Shown here: positions 1 through 10,017 of the stretch, piece after piece
How positions within the stretch are numbered: the first letter of the stretch is position 1
Layout of the letters: the number at the start of each line of letters is the position of its first letter
Assembly (NCBI GenBank): GCA_023144635.1
Contig: JAGLFH010000036.1
Location: forward strand, 2,645 to 66,644
DNA: 64,000 nt
Reading direction: 5' to 3'
DNA from: Candidatus Auribacterota bacterium
GTDB lineage: Bacteria > Auribacterota > JAFGBW01 > JAFGJP01
The notes under the pieces: model-generated
Databases searched by the model: none
Told to the model about the DNA's origin: nothing
What the model saw: only the letters and a program-made list of their open reading frames with translations
Translations under genes and position numbers: made by a program

Positions 1-154
1 CTCGCCGAAGCAATCCTACCTACACACACTATGGCGAGCCCCCCCCTTCCAGCTTCATCCCGTACAGGGAGTTGTCCTTACAGGACTCACGTCCACGGCC
101 TCACAGCCGCAGCTTCCCGACTCTCCGTAGCCTCGGCGAAGGAGGTTATGCGTA
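1..154. repeat. Composite palindromic intergenic element (cctccttcgcc..gctacggag family plus ccacggc..gccgcag hairpin)
   Basis: GC-rich patch. ctccgtagcctcggcgaaggagg (123-145) and ctcgccgaa (1-9) resemble, in reverse orientation, ccgccttcgcc...ttcggcgag at 60701-60758. Confidence 0.45.
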
Positions 155-262
155 GACACATGAAAGGTCTTATCGAGAGATACTATCCACAGAAAAAGCA
201 TTTTCCAGATATTTATTGACCCTAATCTGCATATTCACAGACTGATCGATAAAACATTATTG

Positions 263-1618
263 TTAAGATCCTTTCAACTTACTTATAAGTGTAGGGCGCG
301 AAATGTTCAGGATCTTTGCAGCATGAGACTTATTTTGATTAACCGCATCAAGAACATATTTTATATGACGCCTTTCGATCTCTTCTAAAGGAACAAGATC
401 TTCTTTCTTGTCTTCAAAAAAGTACTTCTGAAAATACATGGGTAGTGACTGCTTAGTTATCATATTTGTTTTTTCTATAGCAGCTGAAGATTTAATAATA
501 TTTTTTAACTCCCGAATATTGCCGGGAAAATTATACCGGTTTAAAAGCTCCATAGCCTTTTGATGAATTCCTTTGATCTTCTTTCTGTTCTTTTTATTGA
601 ACTCCTTAAGGAAAACATTTGCAAGCAGGCTAATATCTTCCCTTTTTTCTCTTAAAGGAGGAATTTCTACAATATGGGCAGATATCCTAAAATAAAGGTC
701 TTTCCTAAAAAGCCCTTTTTCCATCAAATGGAAAAGATTTTTATTAGTCGCGAAAACAAAACTGCAATTTACCTTTTTTACACGTGTATCACCTACAGGA
801 TAATATTCCTTATTCTCAAGCACTCGAAGAAGGCGAGATTGTACAGAAAGATCCAGATCACCTATTTCATCAAGAAAAAGAATCCCATTTTTAGTTACTC
901 CTATTATACCCTGACTCTCTGTCTGTGCACCTGTATATGCTCCTCTTGCATGCCCAAACAGCTCATTTGAAAGAAGTTCGTTCTGGTAAGAAGAAATATT
1001 GATTGCAGAAAATTTCTCATCTTTTCCAAAACGTATATCGTGCAAACTTCTCGCAAAAAGCTCTTTGCCTGTCCCCGACTCACCACAGATCAAAATGGGA
1101 TCATCTGTAAATGCAACTCTTTCAATTTGATGAAAAAGATCAAACATCTTACGGCTTTTGGTTATTATATTTTTAAAGACTTCCTTTTTTCCTATTTCAT
1201 GAGCTTTATCTTTAAGATTCTTTATTTTAAATAAAAGATCTTCTTTTTCAGAAATATGTTTTAGTGTAAGAATCAATTTTGAAGGATCAACAGGTTTTCT
1301 TAAATAATCATAAGCACCTATTTTTATAGCCTTTACAGCCATTTCAACATCATCAAGAGCAGTCAGCATCACACAGTCCATGTTTGGATACTTTCCGGCA
1401 AAAATTTTAAGAAGATCAACACCCAAAAGATCAGGAAGCTTTTGATCTATAACAGCAATATCAAAACCACCATTAGAACTTTCAGCAAATTTAAGAGCTT
1501 GCTTACCATTTTCTGCTGTTGTTACATTATAGATCTTTTCCTGAACAAGAAGCCTTTTAACAAAGCGTATGGTTGACGGATCATCATCAACAACAAGTAC
1601 TTCACTTTTTCTTAACAT
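263..1618 (-). CDS. Sigma-54-dependent response regulator, NtrC/AtoC family (REC-AAA+-Fis HTH)
   Basis: REC (VLVVDDD, DQKLPD, KP); Walker A GESGTGKE; GAYTGA loop; LFLDEI; FPGNIREL; C-terminal NKSHAAKILNISRPTL. Confidence 0.95.
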   Translation of the reverse strand: MLRKSEVLVVDDDPSTIRFVKRLLVQEKIYNVTTAENGKQALKFAESSNGGFDIAVIDQKLPDLLGVDLLKIFAGKYPNMDCVMLTALDDVEMAVKAIKIGAYDYLRKPVDPSKLILTLKHISEKEDLLFKIKNLKDKAHEIGKKEVFKNIITKSRKMFDLFHQIERVAFTDDPILICGESGTGKELFARSLHDIRFGKDEKFSAINISSYQNELLSNELFGHARGAYTGAQTESQGIIGVTKNGILFLDEIGDLDLSVQSRLLRVLENKEYYPVGDTRVKKVNCSFVFATNKNLFHLMEKGLFRKDLYFRISAHIVEIPPLREKREDISLLANVFLKEFNKKNRKKIKGIHQKAMELLNRYNFPGNIRELKNIIKSSAAIEKTNMITKQSLPMYFQKYFFEDKKEDLVPLEEIERRHIKYVLDAVNQNKSHAAKILNISRPTLISKLKGS

Positions 1619-2270
1619 GAGCCGTTATCCTTTCGATCTCTTTAAATTTAGCAACAACATGCTTTATACGCTTACAACCTGTTTCTATATCAGATATCAT
1701 TTGAGGATAATCCTCCTTAAAAAATGGATAAACAAGTCTTGCTATTTCAAGATCAGGGTCATTGGAATAACATTCGTCAAGATGCTTTTTTATATCATTC
1801 CATGATTCTCTTAAAAAAGGGACATTTCCTATTACAAAAGTAGCTGAATTATTCATATCATGAATTATCTGGGTCAGAATACCCGAAATTGCAGAAAAGC
1901 TGTCTGTAAGTTCTTTACCAATAAGAAATAAATAATCCCTACCATGCAAACTTTCCCGTATTCCTGTCCACTCTAAATATAAAGTTTTATATTCTTTTGT
2001 TACAAAAATGCTTGTAAAAGGCTTAAAGGTCTTCTTTTTTAAATGAGACTTAAAAAAATATTCTCTAAAAACTTCTTGAGTCTCATGAAGGATAAAAGTA
2101 TCTGTAAAATTATTGCCGAATACCGAAGCCGCTTTGAGGCCTGTCATCTTTTCAGCCTGCTTATTAAAAAAGACAACGTTTTCATCTTCATCAAGAAGCG
2201 AAATAAAAAAAGGCATCTTTAGATACGAGCCAAGAGAATATTTTTTTATAAAATCTTTTTGATCTTTCAA
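1602..2270 (-). CDS. PAS domain plus HisKA/DHp-like protein lacking an ATPase domain
   Basis: PAS (FFNKQAEKMTG...GNNF) and H-box-like IIHDMNN; the ORF ends after the second DHp helix; TTG start with GGGGTGGG upstream; overlaps the regulator start. Confidence 0.7.
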   Translation of the reverse strand: MKDQKDFIKKYSLGSYLKMPFFISLLDEDENVVFFNKQAEKMTGLKAASVFGNNFTDTFILHETQEVFREYFFKSHLKKKTFKPFTSIFVTKEYKTLYLEWTGIRESLHGRDYLFLIGKELTDSFSAISGILTQIIHDMNNSATFVIGNVPFLRESWNDIKKHLDECYSNDPDLEIARLVYPFFKEDYPQMISDIETGCKRIKHVVAKFKEIERITAHVKKK

Positions 2271-2370
2271 TTTTTCCCACCCCTAAAGAAAAGATGACTA
2301 AAATTTTAATACATCTTAAAATCAACCGCAAGCAATAAAATAAAGATCCTTTTTTTATATTTTGCAGGGC

Positions 2371-2416
2371 TTGTCGCATCGTTTCATTGCCCGTAATAAC
2401 GATATTTTATGTTTTC
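2371..2416 (+). repeat. Degenerate palindromic element (ttgYcRcRtcgtttc...cgYaataacgatatttta)
   Basis: Aligns with 51738-51784, including the flanking gatatttta(t/c)gtttt. Confidence 0.6.
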
Positions 2417-2481
2417 CGTAGCCTTTCCATGCTTTTTCCGTAGTTAAATTTATAATAATCACACGAAGTGCTCCTTTAACG

Positions 2482-2509
2482 CACTACGCATAGTGTATAA
2501 CTATTTATG
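2482..2509 (+). repeat. 28-bp dispersed repeat with a XerC-arm-like left half
   Basis: cactacgcatagtgtataactatttatg matches 43218-43245 at 24/28 positions. Confidence 0.55.
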
Positions 2510-2575
2510 TTGCCAGTATAATTTTATTTGATATAATAATCTTCATTTTTTTAGAATCTGCTTTATATTACTGAT

Positions 2576-2657
2576 GCGAGAGTGGCGGAACTGGCAGACG
2601 CGCTAGACTTAGGATCTAGAGCCTTTTGGTGTGGGGGTTCGACTCCCCCCTCTCGCA
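2576..2657 (+). tRNA. tRNA-Leu(TAG)
   Basis: Acceptor stem gcgagag/ctctcgc; D arm tggcggaactggcagacgc; anticodon arm ctaga-cttagga-tctag; long variable arm; GTTCGACTC T loop; CCA not encoded. Confidence 0.97.
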
Positions 2658-2789
2658 AAAGTTTTGCATGTTTAGTATGTTTTTAAGTTTTTCTTTCGCA
2701 ATAAGTTATGACAAATTCAATTATTTTATATAAAAAATTGTTGATTTAATATACTATTTTTTATACATTAAACATCTTTTTATGTATGA

Positions 2790-2864
2790 GCGAGCGTAGC
2801 TCAGCGGTAGAGCTCCACGTTGCCAACGTGGTTGTCGAGGGTTCAAATCCCTTCGCTCGCTCCA
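2790..2864 (+). tRNA. tRNA-Gly(GCC)
   Basis: Acceptor stem gcgagcg/cgctcgc; tagctcagcggtagagc; anticodon arm ccacg-ttgccaa-cgtgg; GTTCAAATC; encoded CCA. Confidence 0.97.
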
Positions 2865-2893
2865 TTTTTATTTATAATGAACTGAGGTGAAAA

Positions 2894-4174
2894 ATGGATG
2901 TTAAAGCAGAAAAAAAACAAAGCTGTGTTCTTGAAGTAGATGTGAATATTCCTCAAAGTGAAACAGCAGGTGCAGAAAACGAAGCTGTAAATTATTTTCA
3001 ATCAAAAGCCAATATTCCTGGGTTTAGAAAGGGAAAAGCTCCAAAAAACATGGTCATAAACAGATTTAAACAGGATATTCAGCAATCTGTTCTAAGGCAA
3101 GTATTATGGAGTAAACTCTCTGAATATATTGAAAAAGAAAAACTGAAAATAACCAGCGACCCTATAGTTCAAGATATTAATTATAATTTTGGCGAAGATC
3201 TTAAATTTATTGCAACTCTCGAACTGGTCCCAGAATTTTCTCTACCTGAATACAAAAATATTTCAGTTGAAACAGAATCTAAGGAAATAAATAAGGAAGA
3301 AGAAGAAAAAGCCCTTAATGACATACGCGAAAAATATTCTCAATTCAAATCATCAGATGATGGGGTCATAAAAAAAGGTCACTTTGCTATCATAGATTAT
3401 GAATTGATCGTAGATGAAAACTCCATTGAAAAGAAAGATGCAACATGGGTAAAAATAACAGAAGATGCATATATAAAAGAATTTACATCTCAGCTTGCCG
3501 GTTTAAAAATAGGTGATGAAAAAGAAATAAAAGCAACACTGCCGGAAAATTATTTCCAGAAAGAACATGCAAATAAACAAGGCACTTTCCACGTAAAAGT
3601 AATAGATGCAAAAGAAAGGGTCCTTCCTGAACTTGATGATGCTTTTGCAAAACAAGTGGGACCATATGAAAATATTGAAGCATTAAAGAAAAACATTTAT
3701 GACCGACTAAAAGATTTTAAGGAACAAAATTCTAAAACTGTCATAGAAAATCAAATAAGTGACTATCTTTTAAACAGTACGAAAATGGATCTTCCTCCTA
3801 ATCTTTTACTTCAAGAAAAACAGGCCGTTATAAAGGAATCTATACAGCGCATGCATTACGGCGGACTTAAGGAAGAGGATATAAAAGGAAGGCTTCCGGA
3901 AATTGAAAAAGAATCAGAAAAAAAAGCTCCTGAAAATCTCATATTACACTTTGTTCTTGAAAAAATAATAGAACTTGAAAATATTAAATGCGAAGATGAG
4001 GATTTTGAAAAAGAATTTGAGAGGATGAGTACAGCATTTCACATGCCCGTAGAAAAAATAAAAGAACGTTTTTCAGAAGGTAAAGAAAAAGAAAGCCTTA
4101 CTGCTAGAATACGTAAAATAAAAGCTATTGATTTTCTAATAAATAGCGCTAATATAAAAGAAATAGCATCATGA
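2894..4174 (+). CDS. tig: Trigger factor
   Basis: Ribosome-binding motif [10 protein letters not shown]; [10 protein letters not shown]; GAGGTG RBS; upstream of clpP-clpX. Confidence 0.96.
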   Translation: MDVKAEKKQSCVLEVDVNIPQSETAGAENEAVNYFQSKANIPGFRKGKAPKNMVINRFKQDIQQSVLRQVLWSKLSEYIEKEKLKITSDPIVQDINYNFGEDLKFIATLELVPEFSLPEYKNISVETESKEINKEEEEKALNDIREKYSQFKSSDDGVIKKGHFAIIDYELIVDENSIEKKDATWVKITEDAYIKEFTSQLAGLKIGDEKEIKATLPENYFQKEHANKQGTFHVKVIDAKERVLPELDDAFAKQVGPYENIEALKKNIYDRLKDFKEQNSKTVIENQISDYLLNSTKMDLPPNLLLQEKQAVIKESIQRMHYGGLKEEDIKGRLPEIEKESEKKAPENLILHFVLEKIIELENIKCEDEDFEKEFERMSTAFHMPVEKIKERFSEGKEKESLTARIRKIKAIDFLINSANIKEIAS

Positions 4175-4187
4175 AAGGATGGTCTTA

Positions 4188-4811
4188 ATGACAATTAAAA
4201 ATGCACACATACCAATGCCTTTTGTTATTGAACAAGAAGGCCGTTTTGAACGTTCTTATGATATATATTCCCGGCTTTTAAAGGACAGGATAATTTTTAT
4301 AGGAACACCTATCGATGACACTGTTGCCAACGTAGTAATAGCTCAAATGCTGTTTCTCCAAATGGAAGCACCAGAGAAAGATCTTCATCTTTATATAAAT
4401 TCTCCTGGAGGTATTGTAACATCTGGAATGGCTATCTATGATACTATGCAGTTTTTGAAATGCGATATAACTACATATTGCATAGGACAAGCCGCAAGCA
4501 TGGGTGCGCTGCTGCTAGCAGCAGGAACAAACGGAAAACGTTTTTCTCTTCCGAACGCACGTATTATGATCCACCAGCCTGCCGGTGGGGCACAAGGACA
4601 AGCTATAGACATCCACATACAGGCTAAAGAAATTATGAGAATGAAACAAACGTTAAACGAAATTCTTGCAAAACATACCGGTCAGAAAATATCTAAAATA
4701 GAAAAAGATGTGGATAGAGATTATTTTATGAGTGCTGAAGATGCATGTAAATACGGTATTGTAGATAAAGTCATTTCAACATCAAAAGAAACAAAAAAAC
4801 AGCAAGACTGA
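4188..4811 (+). CDS. clpP: ATP-dependent Clp protease proteolytic subunit
   Basis: [39 protein letters not shown]. The ATG at 4188 is well spaced from AAGGA (track start is 4179). Confidence 0.97.
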   Translation: MTIKNAHIPMPFVIEQEGRFERSYDIYSRLLKDRIIFIGTPIDDTVANVVIAQMLFLQMEAPEKDLHLYINSPGGIVTSGMAIYDTMQFLKCDITTYCIGQAASMGALLLAAGTNGKRFSLPNARIMIHQPAGGAQGQAIDIHIQAKEIMRMKQTLNEILAKHTGQKISKIEKDVDRDYFMSAEDACKYGIVDKVISTSKETKKQQD

Positions 4812-4815
4812 TATA

Positions 4816-6069
4816 ATGGCAAAAAAAAACAAAAATACTTTTGGCACTTACTGTTCTTTCTGCGGTAAAAGCCATGATCAGGTGAAAAAACTTATAGCAG
4901 GTCCAGGAGTATTTATTTGCGACGAATGCATAATATTATGCAAAGACCTTATTGACAGAGAAAACAAGCCTAAAGGAAAAGCCATAAAAGGGCTTGATAA
5001 ACTACGAATACCTTCTCCAAAAGAAATAAACTCTCTCCTTAATGAGTATGTTATAGGCCAGGAACATGCAAAAAAGGTTCTTTCTGTTGCTGTTTATAAT
5101 CATTACAAAAAGATCACATTAAATATGTCAGAAAGCGATGTTGATCTTGAAAAAAGCAACGTTCTTCTTATTGGTCCGACTGGAAGCGGAAAAACTCTTC
5201 TTGCAAGAACACTTGCAAAAATACTCGATGTACCTTTTTGTATTGCTGACGCAACAACACTTACTGAGGCAGGATACGTAGGAGAAGATGTAGAAAACAT
5301 CCTTCTAAAACTTGTTCAGGCAGCTGATTACAATGTAGACCGTGCTGAAGTTGGAATCGTGTATATTGATGAAATAGATAAAATCAGCCGCACAACCGAA
5401 AACGTATCGATAACTAGAGATGTATCAGGAGAAGGAGTTCAGCAAGCATTGCTAAAGATCCTGGAAGGAACTGTATCAAATATTCCTCCTAAAGGAGGAA
5501 GAAAACACCCTCATCAGGAATTTATTCAAGTTAATACTGAAAACATCCTTTTTATTTGTGGCGGAGCTTTTGACGGCTTGGAAAAGATAATTAAAAGACG
5601 ATTAGGAAAAAAAGTTATGGGATTTGCCGATAAGGACAAAACTGTAACAAAAATCCATGATCTTCTTCATAAAATCCAGCCAAAAGATCTAATAAAATAC
5701 GGATTGATCCCTGAATTTGCAGGAAGATTGCCTGTTATCTCATCATTATCTGAACTCTCAAAGCATGAATTAGGTCATATTCTTACAAAACCTAAAAATG
5801 CACTTGTTAAACAGTATAAAAAGATATTTGAGATGGAAGGATTGGAACTTGTTTTTGACGATAAAGCGCTTGAGGCTATTTCAACACTCGCTATGGACAA
5901 AGATACCGGAGCAAGAGCCCTTAGGTCAATAATAGAAGAAGCTTTACTTGATGTGATGTATTCCTTGCCTTATAAGAAAAATGTAAAACAATGTATTATC
6001 ACCAAAGATGTCATCCTGTCAAAAGCACATCCAACGCTTGTTGAAAATATAAAGAAGATGGCTTCTTAA
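4816..6069 (+). CDS. clpX: Clp protease ATP-binding subunit ClpX
   Basis: Zinc finger CSFCGK...ICDEC; GPTGSGKT; [11 protein letters not shown]; [14 protein letters not shown]; GARALRS. Confidence 0.98.
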   Translation: MAKKNKNTFGTYCSFCGKSHDQVKKLIAGPGVFICDECIILCKDLIDRENKPKGKAIKGLDKLRIPSPKEINSLLNEYVIGQEHAKKVLSVAVYNHYKKITLNMSESDVDLEKSNVLLIGPTGSGKTLLARTLAKILDVPFCIADATTLTEAGYVGEDVENILLKLVQAADYNVDRAEVGIVYIDEIDKISRTTENVSITRDVSGEGVQQALLKILEGTVSNIPPKGGRKHPHQEFIQVNTENILFICGGAFDGLEKIIKRRLGKKVMGFADKDKTVTKIHDLLHKIQPKDLIKYGLIPEFAGRLPVISSLSELSKHELGHILTKPKNALVKQYKKIFEMEGLELVFDDKALEAISTLAMDKDTGARALRSIIEEALLDVMYSLPYKKNVKQCIITKDVILSKAHPTLVENIKKMAS

Positions 6070-6159
6070 TAGATATTTGTTTTATTCACAAAATAAGTAA
6101 TTAGTAATTAATAATTTAAAATAAAAGCATGTTGTACTAACGGAAGGATATGGTTTTAA

Positions 6160-7440
<1,281 letters not shown>

Positions 7441-7479
7441 ATTTTTTAAATGCTTTTAACCTAAGAGATCTATTTATTT

Positions 7480-8751
7480 ATGCCTGATTTGGGAAATAAA
7501 ACTATTCTTATTGCTGATGATGAAGAAATCATTTGTAAACCATTAAGAATGTTTTTCGAAAAAAAAGGTTTTTTTGCTCTAACTGCTTTTGACGGTGAAG
7601 AAGCTTATAAAATATTACAGTCAGCTAAAGTAGACGTTATGTTGGCTGATCTAAAAATGCCAAAATTAAGCGGATTAGAGCTTATTAAAAAAGCAAAAGA
7701 AAGCATACCTCATCTTCCTATAGTAATACTTAGCGGAGGAGGATCAATAGAAGATGCCACTTTTACAATTAAATCAGGCGCTTTTGATTACATCCAAAAA
7801 CCTATAGAGAATATGGACGAGCTTGAGCGCGTTATTAATCGTGCTATAGAGCGAGGTGAACTCGAGAAACAGCAAGAAATACTTCAAAGGAACCTCCGGG
7901 AAAAAACACAAAAACTAGAAGAAAAGATCATAGAAGTAAATAAAGCAAAAGAACAGGTTGAAAAACAATCGTTTTATCTTCAACAGGCTCTTGAAATGAT
8001 AGAAGATCAAAATATTAAGATGGAGGAAGATCTAAAAAGCGCTCAACGCATACAAGAAGACCTTCTTCCAAAAGAGCTTCCTAACGGAGAACATTTTTCT
8101 TTTGCTTCAAAATATATTCCTTCAGGAAAAGTAGGAGGTGATATGTTTGATGCTTTTTTTGATCCTACATATAAAATAAACCTTTATATAGCTGATGTTG
8201 CCGGCCACGGGGTAGGAGCTGCTATGGTTACTGTTTTTTTAAAAAAAACAATAACTCCTTTTGAACAATATACCGATAGAAATACCACTCCAAAAGAAAT
8301 TTTGTCATTACTTAATCAAGAGCTTATTAAAGCAAGTTTTGGACGCATGCTTTTTGTTACAATGCTCTATGCAACATTCAATCCGTTATCGAAACAGTTT
8401 ACTTATGCATCAGCAGGACACCCACCCTTCATACTAAAAAGCCCGGGTAAAGAACCTGTAATGTTAAGAACTGACGGGATGTCACTGGGGTGGAAAAAAG
8501 ATCCTAACTTTATAGAAAACACTATTACTCTTGAGAAAAAAGACCGATTGATCTTTTTTACAGACGGGCTTGTTGATGCTATGGACCGCAACACCAATAA
8601 TCCTTATGGGATGGATAAAGTTTTAGCAACGGTTAATAATGAAAAGTATCATGACTTGCCACCGGATGATTTAATAAATGATATCCTTGCAGACATAAAA
8701 AAAGAGTGCGATATAAAAGATGATGTTTCCATTCTAGCACTGTCAATCTGA
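7480..8751 (+). CDS. Response regulator with SpoIIE/PP2C phosphatase output (RsbU-like)
   Basis: REC domain, coiled coil, then VGGDMFD, ADVAGHGV, SAGHPP, FTDGLVD, DDVS. Confidence 0.92.
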   Translation: MPDLGNKTILIADDEEIICKPLRMFFEKKGFFALTAFDGEEAYKILQSAKVDVMLADLKMPKLSGLELIKKAKESIPHLPIVILSGGGSIEDATFTIKSGAFDYIQKPIENMDELERVINRAIERGELEKQQEILQRNLREKTQKLEEKIIEVNKAKEQVEKQSFYLQQALEMIEDQNIKMEEDLKSAQRIQEDLLPKELPNGEHFSFASKYIPSGKVGGDMFDAFFDPTYKINLYIADVAGHGVGAAMVTVFLKKTITPFEQYTDRNTTPKEILSLLNQELIKASFGRMLFVTMLYATFNPLSKQFTYASAGHPPFILKSPGKEPVMLRTDGMSLGWKKDPNFIENTITLEKKDRLIFFTDGLVDAMDRNTNNPYGMDKVLATVNNEKYHDLPPDDLINDILADIKKECDIKDDVSILALSI

Positions 8752-8764
8752 GACAAGTCAGAAA

Positions 8765-8810
8765 TTAGAAGACAGAGGACAGAAAGCAGAGAACAGAGAA
8801 AAAAACAAAA
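8765..8810 (+). repeat. Degenerate heptamer tract (agaRRRc-like)
   Basis: agaagac agaggac agaaagc agagaac agagaaa. Confidence 0.55.
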
Positions 8811-8991
8811 AGCCTTCAACTCATTTTATATTAGCTCAAGTGTCCGGCTAAGCCCTTTAAATTCACGGTAAAACCATACCCCCTTAACGCCTTACCTTCT
8901 GTTGTTTTTAGATAACATCCATTTCTTTCGTGTTTATCCTTTAACAAAAAAATCTACCACTGTGAAACAGATCTCATGTCCGCTTTGCGCA

Positions 8992-9020
8992 GGATCCCGT
9001 GGTCGAAGCCACGGGATGAC
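8992..9020 (-). repeat. GTCAT-type palindromic REP-like element
   Basis: ggatcccgtggtcgaagccacgggatgac; same family as 14642, 38155, 51669 and 53571. Confidence 0.8.
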
Positions 9021-9087
9021 AACAATTTATCATTTTAAATTTCCTACATAAATCCGAATAAATTTCTGATAACAACAAAAATCAAAT

Positions 9088-9852
9088 TCACACTGGAACA
9101 GAGGCAAGCGTTAACCCGATAACTTCCCTAGCCCCATTCTGTTTTAGTATACGTGCACACTCGTTCATAGTCGCTCCTGTTGTTAAAACATCATCAACAA
9201 GTAGTATTGATGCTTTTTTAATATCAATTTTTTTATTAACAAAAAAAGCACCTTTTATATTTTTCTGCCGTTCATTTCTTTTAAGTGCTGTTTGACTTTT
9301 AGAAGAAAAATGACGTTCAATAACACTTATGGGTTTAGAAAGGAATAGTTTTTTTGAAATATGGCTTGATAGGATCTCGCTTTGATTATAACCCCTGTCT
9401 TTTAATTTTTCACGGGAAAGAGGCACGGGTACGATTAAAACATTTTCAAGCCATTTGCGTCTCTTTTCCTTTCTTATCTTTGATGACATAAAGCTGGATA
9501 AAAAATATCCATAGTGATCTTTTCCATGATATTTAAATGCATAGATCGCTTTTTTTAATTTTTCATTAAAGCAAAGAGCAGAAATAGAACGATCAATAAA
9601 GATCTTATTTTCGCGACATTGCAGGCATTTAAGCCCTTCCGGGTAAGTTGAATGCGTCATGGGTCTTCCACAAATTTTACAATTTTGGTTTTTATTAAAA
9701 TTAAGCTTTTTAAAACATTTTTTACAAAATCCCAGATAAAAAGATGTTTTTATTATTTTATTACATGAAAGACAATAGAATGGAAAGACCAGGTTTACAA
9801 CTGATCTTCCCACGCTAAATAGTCTATTGTAAATTATTTTAATGTAGCTCAT
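9088..9852 (-). CDS. comF: ComF family protein (double zinc ribbon plus PRTase-like domain)
   Basis: Four CxxC pairs; VPVPLS, RGYNQS, LLVDDVLTTGAT. The ATG at 9852 is preferred because the track start (9891) coincides with a TTGTGC-17-TATACT promoter. Confidence 0.9.
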   Translation of the reverse strand: MSYIKIIYNRLFSVGRSVVNLVFPFYCLSCNKIIKTSFYLGFCKKCFKKLNFNKNQNCKICGRPMTHSTYPEGLKCLQCRENKIFIDRSISALCFNEKLKKAIYAFKYHGKDHYGYFLSSFMSSKIRKEKRRKWLENVLIVPVPLSREKLKDRGYNQSEILSSHISKKLFLSKPISVIERHFSSKSQTALKRNERQKNIKGAFFVNKKIDIKKASILLVDDVLTTGATMNECARILKQNGAREVIGLTLASVPV

Positions 9853-9941
9853 TGCAGCTTGAAGTATAAAATAATCGCGAAAATAGCACAATCAATGCTT
9901 TTAAAACCTTCTAGGTTTCATCTCTAATTTTTCTGTTTATC

Positions 9942-9970
9942 TTGACAAAAACGGCCGTCTGCGATATAAA
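9942..9970 (+). promoter_or_regulatory. Sigma-70 promoter for ileS
   Basis: TTGACA-17 nt-TATAAA. Confidence 0.75.
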
Positions 9971-10017
9971 GTTATATTTTTCATAACTAAAACACATAAA
10001 ATATTTTAGGAAAGAAT

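Noticed and set aside
169-180. cttatcgagaga, resembling the 5' end of a SAM-I riboswitch
   Set aside because: The following P2 kink-turn, GCAACC and closing GATAAG/GATGAG elements are absent.
31-219. 62-aa ORF
   Set aside because: It runs through palindromic repeat sequence, has no RBS and shows no recognisable motif.
2576-2864. tRNA genes as an integration site for an island
   Set aside because: No integrase and no duplicated tRNA 3' end were seen in the window; tig-clpP-clpX follows directly.
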